DNA from: Chrysomallon squamiferum
Taxonomy: Eukaryota > Animalia > Mollusca
Reading direction: 5' to 3'
Assembly: GCA_012295275.1 (NCBI GenBank)
Contig: CM022678.1
Location: forward strand, 310,001 to 374,000
Length of the DNA: 64,000 nt
Shown here: positions 26,112 to 38,705 of the stretch, one piece after another
Numbering within the stretch: the first letter of the stretch is position 1
How the letters are laid out: each line of letters opens with the position of its first letter
Notes under the pieces: generated by a model
What the model was told of the DNA's origin: nothing
The model's input: only the letters and a program-made list of their open reading frames with translations
The model's database searches: none
Position numbers and translations under genes: made by a program

Positions 26112-27110
26112 CATACCCAAAAGTGGGGTAAGGGTTGCCCAACACGGGTGTAAAGTGCCGCACGCGCCACCGAAGGGGAACAGCTCGATTCCGACATGGG
26201 CAGAAGAAACGCACGTATTTTGAAAATTTGCCCGTTTTTTTTTTTTCAACGCATTTTCAAAAGGTGCAGGTTCTTTTGCAAATGTTGGAAACGTTTTTGT
26301 GAAGAGCCACACTGGAGAGGCCTGTGTTACGGCGCGCACCTTGTGAAGAGTTGAAATATTTGTCCCAACCCCCGTTGTGAAGAGTGCCAGAGACCTGTGA
26401 TTTTCAATTTATGAAAACCGAATTTTTTTAAGTTTCTTTGAAAATGCTAGGGGTGTTTATTCAAAGTGGAATAACTTTTTCTGCGCACAAGGCAAAAATG
26501 GGGCGCACATACCCAAAAGTGGGCCAAGCAATGCCCGACACGGGTGAAAAGTGCCGCACGCGCCACCCAAGGGGAACAATTCGTTTCCGACACGTGCACA
26601 AAAAACGCACATATTTTGAAAATTTGCTCGTTTTTTTTTCAAACGCATTTTCAAAAGGTGCACCTTTTTGTAAATGTTGGAAACGTTTTTTTCACGCTCG
26701 CCCCGACGGTGAGCACCTTTTGCACACGTTGAAATATTTTTCCCGACCCCCGGCATAGTGCCAAACGGATTTTCAATTTTTGAAAACCGAATGTTTTCAA
26801 GTTTCGTTGAAAATTCTATGGGTACCTTCTTCAAAGTGGAATAAATTTTTCTGCGCACCTGGGAAAAATGGGGAGCACATACCCAAAAGTGGGGCAAGGG
26901 ATGCCCGACACGGGTGAAAAGTGCCGCACGCGTCACCCAAGGGGAACAACTCGTTTCCGACAGTTGCACAAAAAACGCACATATTTTGAAAATTTGCTCG
27001 TTTTTTTTTCAAACGCATTTTCAAAAGCTGCAGCTTCTTTTCTAAATGTTGGAAACGTTTTTCCCCCCCTCACCCCGACGGTGCACACCTTTTGCACTCG
27101 TTGAAATATT
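26112..27110 (+). repeat. GC/CpG-rich ~370-bp satellite-like tandem repeat, about 2.6 copies
   Basis: TCAAAGTGGAATAA at 26461 and 26831; CATACCCAAAAGTGGG at 26112, 26508 and 26878. Confidence 0.93.
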
Positions 27111-28069
27111 AAAAACATTAGTCTACATATATTAGTGTCAGATTCTCAAACTGATTTACAAAAATATTCAAAATTATAAAATTATTTTGTTAAATAAATA
27201 TTTATTTGTAATCATCTGTTTTTCATTGTGGACACATTGTTTCTGTTTCCTTTCCTGAATGTCTGTAAAGTTGGCTTTGATGATGTACATTAAGAAATTC
27301 ATATCAGTTCGTTTTGTCATTTGTTCTTAGATTTTTCAAAATACTGTCTTTCAATTCAGGTTTAATCTGCATTTTTAAAGCTAGTTTAAATTTAAATACG
27401 CTAATGAAATGTTATTTAAATATGTAATGAAATATTCTAATTTTAATATGCTGACAAGAAAATCATAGTTTATAATAAAATTTAAACTTTACAATATAAA
27501 TATGCCAACAGGAAAATGTTAAATTAAATATGACAGTTAAAAGATGCCTATTTAAATATGCTAAATTAAAAATACTTTCTTTTCATTTAAATTCTTGTAC
27601 ATATCTAGAAATGATGACCTTAAAATAATCATTTTCTGAAATTTATGGATTAAACCAGGAAGTTTAAGGTTAGGAACATCAACAAACTAACATACTAACA
27701 TCTGATACTAAACTTGAAATTACTCTGTGTTTTCTACATTTCTCTTCACAGTTGTGTCTACATTTTATCTTTTACATGAAGCAGTGAATGAATGAGGCAG
27801 GTAGAGTGAATGGATGAGTGAATTAATAAATATCTGTATAATTGTCAAACCTGATTTCTATTTATTTATTTTTATTTAATGTTGTTAAAAATTAATTATA
27901 ATGAAAATAAATTTGCTGGTACGGGGCTTGTTTTGTTTCTTTAACAATTTTAGTTTGTTACTCACTGATTTTCAATGTTAAACATTCTCTTAAGTACTGA
28001 ATACAAAATTATTAACTTGTATAAAATGATATTATAATGCCTAGTAAATACTAAATTTGGGTTATTGTA

Positions 28070-29055
28070 ACAAAACTATATAAATAAATATTCCTCACCC
28101 TGTAATTTAATAAAGCTTGCTAAAAAAAATAGGTGATAAAAACAAAAAACAAAATAATTTGAAATATTTATTTCAACAAGAAAACAACAAAGTTTATCAC
28201 ATAATTTTAGAAAAACTTTGCCAAAATCCTTAATTATAAATTTAGAAAAGCATGATATAAAATGTTTCAAATTAAAAAGTATTTAAAATATATCTTAAGG
28301 TTCTAAAGATTTGTGCTATAAACACAAAAATGCCAAGATTTCTGATTTATCAATAAAAGTTTATGATAAAATATACAACATAAAATGAAAAACAAGACAT
28401 TTGTTTACAAAAACTATAAAACTACTAAACTTAATAAATAACTTGACAGATAATGTAACCTGAAATTAGTAATTAAGAACATTTTTAATTTCTGATTTTA
28501 ATCTTCCAAACAAATATATAGCATATATAGGTTTACACAACTGATTCCATTTTATGATTTAACAAACTTTTATAGGGTAAATCTTTACCAGAACTCTTGG
28601 TATTCTGTTATTTTATGCTTCAGTTACATGATTAAGTAGATTATTTTTTTTTCAAAAATAAAAAATAAAAAAAAAAAAAAAAAAAATTAAATTATCTCCC
28701 TTGAACCAAACATTTTTAATCCGAAGTGTGTAGTTTTTTTTAAAGCAGTAATCAAGGATTTCTAACATTAAATGATTTTTACAAAATAATTTCTTTTTTT
28801 CACAGACTTGACTGTACTTGGTGCTGTGTCTGGTACAAACATTCTGTGTACATCTGATTTCATCAACGACACTGTGACTGAGTCTAAAACCATGTCACAT
28901 TACACATTCTTCAGTAAGAACAGTCCATGATTCACACTAGTAATGTTTTTAAAATGTTAGTTTGGTGTGGAACTTTCTAAACTCAGTTTTCTCCAGTTAT
29001 TCAGTTTTTCATGTTTACTGTGGAGATGTTTTATCTTCTGTTTACTTAGTTCAGT
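28070..29055 (-). repeat. Segmental duplication; inverted partner of 62280-63160
   Basis: Colinear reverse-complement similarity, with near-identical blocks at 28801-28851 and 28906-28981. Confidence 0.9.
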
Positions 29056-30551
29056 ACAGAAAACTTGACAAGTCATTTAGACTCAGTGGACATCAGTTCT
29101 TGTAAATAGCTTTCTATGGTGTCTGAAAAGTAAAATATTACATTTTTTTAACAACAACTGCTACAATTTTATATTTTTTCATTTGAATCTGAAGTAATAT
29201 ATTCAACCAATAACAAGTACAGTTAATTTAACTGAAATAAAATAAAGTTTAATTTTATTTATTTAAACATTTCTTGTTGCACCTCTAATTTCAACTGTCT
29301 GTGGAAATGTGTGTTTAATACTAGTCTGAATAAATCAACTCAGAACTCTGAGTAATTTAAAAACATATACATATATATATTCTTTTTTAAAGAGAAACAT
29401 CCATTTTTCTTTTAATAAATAAGTAATTTAGTATCTTTTATAAAAATTGATCACAAGTAAGATCAATAATTTTATCTGCTACTTCTTAAAGATAGATTTT
29501 TCTAAAGTAGATTCCTTTTCTTCCAATTGCTATATCAGTGTGATCTACAGAATCATTATTTAAAAAAAGAAAATTATATATAATGATAATAATATTAAAA
29601 ATATTCTCATATGACATTAAATGATTTACATTTTACAGTTTATAAAATCTAGTTGTAAACCGAATTACCTGTCCATTATACTCAGCATCTGATTTCAAAA
29701 CACTTGAACTCATCTGAGTGTCTCAGTTTGTACAAATTTATTTTAACACCAACAACTGGAGAAGTGATTGTTCTTCACTGAGTTGTACTACAAGCCTGGT
29801 CAAGTGGTCATCCTTGGCCTGATAGAACTTTGTTCTAGTCAGCAAGGGCTTGTTTGTCCTGTAAAAGTAATAAACAGAACTTATCACTGATAAACCTAAT
29901 AAATAAAAATAATTTACTAAAAAAATATAACATTTATCACTGGAAATGATAGCAAATTATTATTGAAAAGTTACCTAAAATATTAAAATTACAAATTATT
30001 TAGTCAGAATAAATACATTTTACATAATTTAAATATTACATTTTACATCATTATTAAGTTATCTGTTGAAAATGATCTGCTAGTCTGTTATTTTGTAAAA
30101 AATACAGAAGTTTACAATTTTTGGGGTTCATAATAATCAACAAAAATGCCAAGCTGCGTGTTTTTCAGTTTTGTGGTAAACTTGTCAAACATTGTAATTA
30201 ACATTGTCAAGTTGTATATAAAATAGAAGTCAATAACATCCATGTTTTAAATAAATACAAACTGATAAAGAATTGTCTACTTGCATATTAAAATACAAGT
30301 CAATAACATCATGTTTTAAAAACAAACTGAATTTTTTGGCAACAAACATATTACTTATGATAAAGGGTATTTCAATAAAATAGAAAAAAATCCAAAATAA
30401 ATCTCAAAATGATAAAGAATTGTCTAGTTGCATATTAAAATACAAGTCAATAACATCATGTTTTAAAAAAACTGAAAGCAAAACAGGAAAGAATTTCAAA
30501 GTTGAAGTTACAAAATCAAAAACAGTTCAAAACAACTTACTTCAAATTTAC

Positions 30552-33170
30552 CACGACAAAACTTTGGCCAATCCATGATGCACACCAGCCCATTGAACAT
30601 TCTGCAATGAGCTTTGTCTGACTGTGCACAGTAAAAACCTCTGAGAAAAAAAAAAAATCTCAAAGTAAGGGAAGTAAAAACATTATAAAACTGATATTAA
30701 AAAAAAAAAAAAAAAAAAAATACTATATTTAAAAACATATTGGATAATATGCAAAAATAACAATTTAATTCATATCAAAAAATATTAATTGTTAACTCAA
30801 AAATAAATATTAATTCCTATCAATAATTATTAAATTAATAAACATAAAAATTGAAATTTATGACAGTAATAAAAAAGGCTTACACTGAATTCATAAATAC
30901 TAATTCTGTATTGAATACAGTTAAATGTTAACATTCTCATTTTACATGTGTCAATTTTAAATATCATTTTGTATTCATAATCACTTACCTCAAACAATGG
31001 AAATCAAATACAAATATGAATATTCATGATTAAGTAATGAATATTAATGTTATGTAAATGAGTACAGGGCAGGACTTACAGGGTCTGGAGATTCACAAAC
31101 TGCTGATGTCTGCCTGGTCTGTTCACCTCTCACTCAATTCATCATCATCATCAACATCGGCTCCAGTGTTGACAGCCAGTAACTGTAATCATTCTGTGAT
31201 GCTGTGCTGCACACATTGTTGATGTTGCAGAACATAAAAACATGGTTGTAAATCTTCTCAAACAGCTGACAGCACTACCTGCAGTGGAATTTTTATTTTT
31301 TATTGTTAATTAGAATTCTCTTTCTGTGTTTTTGTAAAACCTAAACCATCTTCTCATTCAATAATTTTTTATCTTGAGAAAAGCTAAAATTATAAATAAG
31401 TTTGAGATTGAAATGAATTTAAAGAAAAATATATTTTAGTTTATTTATTTAGTATATCCTAAAAAGTCAATGCCTTTACTTCAATCTTCAGTTTTGATAA
31501 CATTAGAACATGAAACTAACTCATAAGTTCAATAACTTAAGACAGCCCAATAGAAAGAAAAAATATTTCATTTCAAACATCCCTGTCCACAAAACAAACA
31601 AGTGAGTAGTCAACTACACAAATCCTGTCCATGACACAAACAAGTGAGTAGTCAACTACACAAATCCTGTCCATGACACAAACAAGTGAGTAGTGAACTA
31701 CACAAATCCTGTACATGACACAAACAAGTGAGCAGTCAACTACACAAATCCTGTACATGACACAAACAAGTGAGTAGTCAACTACACAAATCCTGTCCAT
31801 GACACAAACAAGTGAGTAGTCAACTACACAAATCCTGTACATGACACAAACAAGTGAGTAGTGAACTACACAAATCCTGTCCATGACACAAACAAGTGAG
31901 TAGTCAACTACACAAATCCTGTACATGACACAAACAAGTGAGTAGTCAACCTTCATCTTGTATGTTCCTGCAGTTTTCTACTCTACACACCTAGAAACAA
32001 GAAACCAAGACATGGATTACCAGAAACACCAGGAAGCCTGGTAGACCAGGAACACAATCATTACCATGAAGTTCTTGAACACTGGGTGCAACAGGATCTC
32101 CATGGATACCAAGTTCTCCAAGATAACCAGCTTCACCTTTTCTACCTGATATAAAGTCACAACCTGTATCAGAGAAAAACACAATTTTATTATTCAGGTA
32201 TTAATTAACTGGGTAATTTTTTCCAGGTGAAAAGGGTAACCATGGAAATCTAGATCAACTGATTTTCACATTCTGTTCTCACACATACTTCTTTCCTCTA
32301 TTTTTGTTTACTTTACAAAAAAAATGCTTCATGACAAAAATTATCAATAAATCCTAGGTTATTGTAATTATTACAAACATTTTGAAACCAAATATGTTTT
32401 TTAGACTTCTCCTGAAAAGACACACTATGAAAAATGATTCATAACCTGAAAGGTTAGAAATAAAAATGGTGTTAAATATATTTTTTCAAGTAACAGATCA
32501 TCAGATAGTGATAAAGATTAGAACTGTTAATAAAGTTCCAGTGTCACTTCCTGGACCACAGAAATATTCAGAACTCATATTTAAATAATCAAGAGCACTG
32601 ACTTTTATCCCTTTCAAATTAACATTCCTTATTTCTTTTTACAGTTTTTGTAGGGTTTATTTGAAGATCACCATTACAAAATTAAAATAATAAAATATCA
32701 AAAGCCATAAAACCATTATCTGGTTCTTCTGTTGAAAACTGTGAAACAATAAGATACACATTTTCTTTAAGAGCGAAAAAAATTAATATGAATTTTTGTT
32801 TAATATTTTAAAGGATATTGCTATCTTTGGATATAAAACATGTTACAGTTTCGTAAAGGCTGGAAACTAACAATATTAGTAGTATCATTAGAAAACTTAT
32901 AACTGTAAATAATTTTTGTCAGTTAGGATTATTTGTTTATTTAACCTTATTGCCCAGAGAAAGCAGATTTACCTTGTACACCTTTAAGGGCAGGTAATCC
33001 ATTAAGATCTAGATTTCCATGGTTACCCTTTACACCTGGAAATGATATTTTACATGGAACACAAGGAGTTCCTGGATAAACATCATCAGCACGATGACAA
33101 TGAAATTCTTAAAATTAAAACAAATATTTACCTTTTTTGGAGTCCATATGGATTTCCTGGAGAGAAAGGT
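30552..33170 (-). pseudogene. COL4A1: Decayed, intron-containing fragment of an alpha1-type collagen IV gene (last Gly-X-Y exons plus most of the NC1/C4 domain)
   Basis: About 32973-33090 reads ..FPGVKGNHGNL.LNGLP.LKGVQG. From 32163 it reads GRKGEAGYLGELGIHGDP..GLPG, then GFLF..AGTYKM..YSL..HGQDL. Exon 31080-31278 reads [49 protein letters not shown]. Exon 30552-30638 reads VFTVHSQTKLIAECSMGWCASWIGQSFVV. The [16 protein letters not shown] signature is alpha1-type. Frameshifts and stops are present; GT-AG sites are retained on the NC1 exons. Confidence 0.9.
31578..31952. repeat. 42-bp tandem repeat x~9 derived from the end of a collagen IV NC1 exon
   Basis: The minus-strand unit GTTGACTACTCACTTGTTTGTGTCATGGACAGGATTTGTGTA encodes YSL..VM in one frame and HGQDL in another. 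Confidence 0.93.
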
Positions 33171-34414
33171 TAACTATGAATTAATTCAAATATTTAACAT
33201 GCAGTTAGGGCCATTTCATTCGATTTCATTCATTTATTGTATTTCATTGCTTTCAATAAGAAACAACAAAGTATAATTTTAAAAATCCAGTACCTGCTGA
33301 CAGTGTGAGTAGCTGGATGTAAGTGAAGATTTTATAACAAAGCTGGGATTCTTCCTCCAGTTTGTTCAGACTGTAGTCAGCTGATGTTTCACCAGAAATC
33401 TTCAGAGTCAGGTAGACTCATAGTGTCTCACACCAGAGAACTGTGTGAAATAACTCAAATGTGTGATATACTGAAATTTATAAAAAAATTATATCTAACT
33501 TATCAAAGTTAATTACTTGTGAATACAAAACATCACCCAGAAGATGTTAAATTAAAATAATAATGATCATGATCACAATAAAAATAAATAAGTAAATAAT
33601 ACTAAGAACTAAACTAAAAAATAACAGTCATTAATAAAATATGAGCCAAATAAAGGTTTTACACAATTTTATATTTTCATTAGTTTTACCATGATTTGAA
33701 TATTTTAGAATAATTAACTAACACATAAATATATTAAATTTCTTACAAATATATGAACCTTTTGACCTGATAAAACAACAAAAACAAAAAAGAAAAAGAA
33801 AATTATATCTGTTCAGTCTTTGAAACTTAATTATAAAACATTTACAATAATTAATAAATAAACCATATATATATGATAATGAAGGAATGTCATTTTCTCA
33901 AAAAAAAAAAATAATAAATAAAAAATTTGATATCTACGTCTTAATGATTGTCCATTTAAATAGATGTGACATCACATAACCATCAGCAAGCAAAACTAAA
34001 AATGTTTAAGGAAGATTTCCACTTTCAGCAACAAATAGTCAGTTTCTGAAATACTGAAGATAGAAAAAAATGAGTTCTTTAAAAATATAACAATATATAA
34101 CAATATTATATATAACCTAATGTAGCTAACATATTAATTATACACCTGAAAAAAAAAAAAAAATCATAATAATAAATATGCAAAAATAAACAACAGTAGA
34201 ACAACTGTATAACTCACAGTTATATTTAAAAACTTGCTATAAAGTTGAACTGAAATATGAAAATTATAAATTTAAAATTATATTATTGCATTATGAAGTT
34301 CAACACGTAACATTGTCATTTTTCCTTTTTCAACCTGCTTTATTTACTGTCCTCATTTCACGTTGCTTTTTTACTTTTTTTTTTTTTTTTTTTTTTAAAT
34401 CCAAGCATATCAGT

Positions 34415-34463
<49 letters not shown>

Positions 34464-34880
34464 TCATCTGAATTAGGACAGGTATTGCAAATAATTTACC
34501 AGTGTAGCAGTATTATAAGAATTTAGATTTTTTGTTTTGCAGGTGAAACGTATATAATTATTCTGGGAGTTCTACAAAGCAGAGATAACTTTTTATTTTT
34601 ATTATTTTTTTTAATCATTAGTGTATTTTGTATTTAAGCAGAAGTTAATTTGTAATTTCTCCTTCATTTTTAGAGACGACTAATATATTAAAACTTATAT
34701 TTGAATCTGTTTCTGTTTGTATCTTCTTCTTTTTTTCTTTTTTTTTTTTCTTTAAAAAAAAACAAACAAAAAACAACATTAGTCAGAACAAATTCATAAA
34801 TTTATTGAAACATTTCAAACTGAGTGGCGTAACTCCAAGAGAGAAAAAAATCTGGCAGAAGAAAATGTAATTCACATGTG

Positions 34881-35207
34881 AATTTTCAAAAATATGTGCG
34901 GTTTTTGTGCACGTGTCGGAAACGAATTGTTCCCCTTGGGTGGGGCGTGCGGCATTTTTCACCCGTGTCGGACAACCCTTGCCCCACTTTTGGGTATGTG
35001 CGCCCGATTTTTGCCACGTGCGCAGAAAAAGTTATTGCACTTTGAAAAAAGTAACCCTAGCATTTTCAACGAAACTTGAAAAAATTCGATTTTCAAAAAT
35101 TGAAAATCCGTGTGGCACTATTCCGTGTGGTCGGGAAAAATATTTCAAAGTGTGCAAAAGGTGAGCGCCGTCGTGGAGAGTGTGGCAAAAACGTTTCCAA
35201 CATTTAC
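34881..35207 (-). repeat. Single inverted, partial copy of the 370-bp repeat
   Basis: The reverse complement matches the 26.1-27.1 kb unit, and the ORF-track translations mirror each other. Confidence 0.93.
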
Positions 35208-35343
35208 ACCTCTGTTTGTAATAATAATTATAATAATAATAATTCTTTCTGTCTTCATCTTCATCACAGTAATCATTAGCATACATAGGAGGTATTTGTT
35301 TTCTATCCGATTTTTTCTTTCTTTCCTTATCTTTTATATATTT

Positions 35344-35374
<31 letters not shown>

Positions 35375-37175
35375 TTTAGATCTCTGATCTCAGTGTTCAG
35401 TAGCAGAGGCGTTAAACAGAAAGTAGTCGTTTGATTAGTTTTATATATAAAAACATATTTGTTTCGGTTTTAAAATATGTCCGTTTGCAGGACAAAAAAT
35501 ACCATCGTTCAAATACTGTCAGGTTTAGTCATTACTGGGCTCATATTTTTATTTGTTTTTTTATTTATTTATTTATTTTGTTCATTTGTTTATTTCGTTC
35601 TTTCTTTATTTCTTTGTTTGTTTGTTTGTTTGTTTGTTTGTTTATTTATTTATTTATTTATGTCTGTTTACGTTTTGTATTTCTGATGACGTCAGCCAAC
35701 AGTAATGACGTCATACACACTTGATTTGAAATTTTTGATTTCTAACTGACTCATTTCTGTGAAACACGTGCATAATGTATTTAAACATCTCATTTCTTGA
35801 TTATTTTTATTACTGTTATTGTTTATTTATTTATTTACTTATTTATTTATGCATTTTTTATTTTTTTATTATTATTATTATTTTTTTTTTGTACATGAAA
35901 CATAATATGTAGATAAATTATATCTGTATATCCTGTTTGTTAGACATGAAAATAAGAACTTATTTATTTATCCATTTTCTTTTACTAAGGCTAGGAACGC
36001 TTTGTTTATTTATTTATGCATGAGATATAAATAAACGAAAAACAGATAAATAAATTTGTATTTTTTATTATGAATTTTCACTTCGTTTATTTTTGTATTT
36101 AATTTGTGTTTAAAATGTAAACAGGTGAATTACAACGATACAGAAATAAATGTGTCAGGTATTATTATTTACTTTTTGTTATTTACTTATTTATTTGTGT
36201 GTTACTTTTCTGCACGCATTGAGTAATAGTATATGTATATGTATGTGTATATGTATATCTCCGTGTCTGTACACACAAACACACACACACAGAGTGCACT
36301 CAGGGAAAACGATTCTTTGACTAACCGGGATTTGTGAATAAACTAGGGTAGCAGGAAGTCACAAACCTCTCCTAATACACTATGCAGAGCAGTATTTATA
36401 ATTACATCTCACTATAAACATTCCTTCCATATGTGATTTACATATGACATTAGATATGTGTTTTTTGCACATATTTTGCCCAAAGTTAATTATGTTTGTG
36501 TTTAACAACTGCTTCAAGTACAGTATGTCTGTCAAATAGCAACAAAAAGTATTTCAGGTTTTTCTTACTTTCTTTTTAGCTGCAGCTACAAAAAGCTCTG
36601 GTCCCATACTTGTGATACACAACTCAAAAATAAAAAGAGCGACAGTCTGATTTGAGATTATTTATTGACCAACTTCCTTCATAAACAGTAATTAATTAAA
36701 GTACTGAAAACGCTTGCTGTAGTAGTCAGAAACTGTTTGTATATAAACGTTTCCCTTCTCACTGAGATTCAAAGTCTATGTCAGTGGTGTGCCAGAAGAC
36801 AGGAGTAACAGAGATACTATGCATTGACCTATTCCACGGGGTTGGGGGGGGTTCTCCTAGCAAATTACAAACCCTGGGGTGTGCGATTTCCAGGGTTTTG
36901 TAATTAACTGCTACACCGGCACATTTCAGTTTCCCTTCCAGCTACTGTTAATCTGTGGTGAACAAAACAGTGATGAATCCGGATGCTGTCTACTTCGGAA
37001 ACCGAATGTAAATTCCAGAACAAAAGACAAATAATTTATATAGTAATTAACATTGTCAGTAACTACACATAATTTTTCACTGCAATTTAAACGTAATTAG
37101 GTATCCGTTTTGTCTCTGTTTATATATATATATATATATATATGTATGCGTGTGTGTGTTTTATATATATATATA

Positions 37176-38642
37176 TACTCTAACAAAAAAGAAACTCAAA
37201 AGTAGATTTTATTGATTTTGGGAATATCTATCTAATGGATCAACAGAAAGCAGCAGAATGTTCACATTTTAACAACACTTTCGCAATTCATTAATATTGA
37301 TGGTATTACATTGAAAAGGTTAAAGTTCTAGGTTATAACAGTATAATATCAATACATTGTGTGCCCACCATGGGAGTCCAGAACTGCCTGACATCTCCTT
37401 CCCATGGCAGTAATGACATTACGAATTACACCTTGTGGAATGGTGGCCCACTCTGTATGTAGTAATAATGCCAACTCAGCACGATTCTGTGGCTGTGGTT
37501 GATGCTGCCTCAGTCGTCTATCTCACTCATCCCATAAATGCTATATAGGGTTCAAATCCGGAGATTTAGAGGGCCAGGGCAGGACCTGAATGTTATTGTT
37601 CTGTAGGTACGCTGTTGTGAGTCTGACTGTATGTGGTCTTGCATTGTCATGATGGAATATAGTGTTACCATTATTCATAATTGGAGCGACATGTGGCTGC
37701 AAAGTTTCATCTCGGTATCTCTGTTCCTTTAAGTTGCCTTGGATGTGAACCAGGTTGGTCCTGCCAGTGTATGAGATTGCTGCCCACACCATCAAACTAC
37801 CACCGCCAAATCTGTCAGCTTCCTGTATGCAGTTTACAGCAAAACATTGACCACGACGTCTGTTAACTCGACATCCTCCATCAGCTCGACGAAGCAGAAA
37901 TCCAGCCTCGTCACTAAACCAGACAGTTCTGCATCGTAATTGAGGCCTATGCACTTGACACCACTGACGTCGTAGTCGACGATGTTGATGAGTCAAAACC
38001 ACTCTTCTTACAGGCCGTCTGGCTCGAGTACCTGCCTCGCGTAAACAATTGCGCACTGTCTGAGCCGATATTCTACGCACACCTGGTATTGCTGAAGCAG
38101 AAAAGGTTGCCACAGTGGTTCTTTTCCGTAGATGAAGTACCTGTATGTAGCGGTCCTGGTTGTTGCACGTGGTCTACCTGCTCTGGGACGGTCACGTGTT
38201 GTTTGGTGTTGGTGGAACAGATACAACAATCTCAAAATGGTTCTTGCGGATACATGGAATACCCGGGCTACGGCCGAGAAGGATTCGCCAGCTTCTAAAC
38301 GGCCAATGGTGTTGTTTCGTTGCGGTTCATTCAGTCGTGGCATTTGTTTGATGTTGGGTGAGAACAAAAATAACGAACAGAAGTTTTCTAAAACCTTGCA
38401 TGTTAATAACCCTCGTATTCAGGTTTCATGTGCCACACGTGCAGATGCACTGGTAACGTGGTTTGAATGCGGGGACGTCTTGGCTAATAAACACGATCAT
38501 AGCCTTTATTTTGTGTTACCTGCTTTTTGGTGCCTGTAACAAAAGCTATACGTTTGAATCACCAAATATCATTATATTCGATGTGTCAGTTTACAATAGG
38601 TATCTAAGAAATCAACCATTTTGCGTTTCTTTTTGGGGAGAG

Positions 38643-38644
<2 letters not shown>
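37176..38644 (-). mobile_element. Full-length Tc1/mariner DNA transposon (Tc1 family, DD34E), inactivated
   Basis: About 1.47 kb with imperfect TIRs (TACTCTAACAAAAAAGAAACTCAAAA versus the right-end reverse complement TACTCTCCCCAAAAAGAAACGCAAAA), TA at both ends, and a transposase inside. Confidence 0.95.
37349..38343 (-). pseudogene. Tc1 transposase pseudogene
   Basis: MPRLNEPQRNNTIGRLEAG.. HTH region and GRPR AT-hook, then WFSDE, HHDNARPH, and WPSKSPDLNPI[E->stop]HLWD with 34 residues between D and E. One frameshift near 38150, stops at 37541 and about 37523, and a natural end GGHTMY* at 37349. Confidence 0.93.

Positions 38645-38705
<61 letters not shown>

Noticed and set aside
26290-26400. 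Apparent chimera of the 38-bp LINE-derived repeat and the 370-bp satellite
   Set aside because: Fragments such as GTGAAGAG and GGAGAGGCCTGTGTTA are interleaved at fine scale into the satellite unit. This looks like a mixed read consensus (assembly artefact) and needs raw reads before any interpretation.
25947-27118. ORFs of 60-170 aa in the 370-bp repeat (also 34894-35286)
   Set aside because: No recognisable domain, the unit length is not a multiple of 3, and ORFs occur on both strands.
31573-31956. 127-aa Cys/Val repeat protein (DYSLVCVMYRICVV)n
   Set aside because: By-product of a 42-bp minisatellite inside a collagen IV pseudogene.
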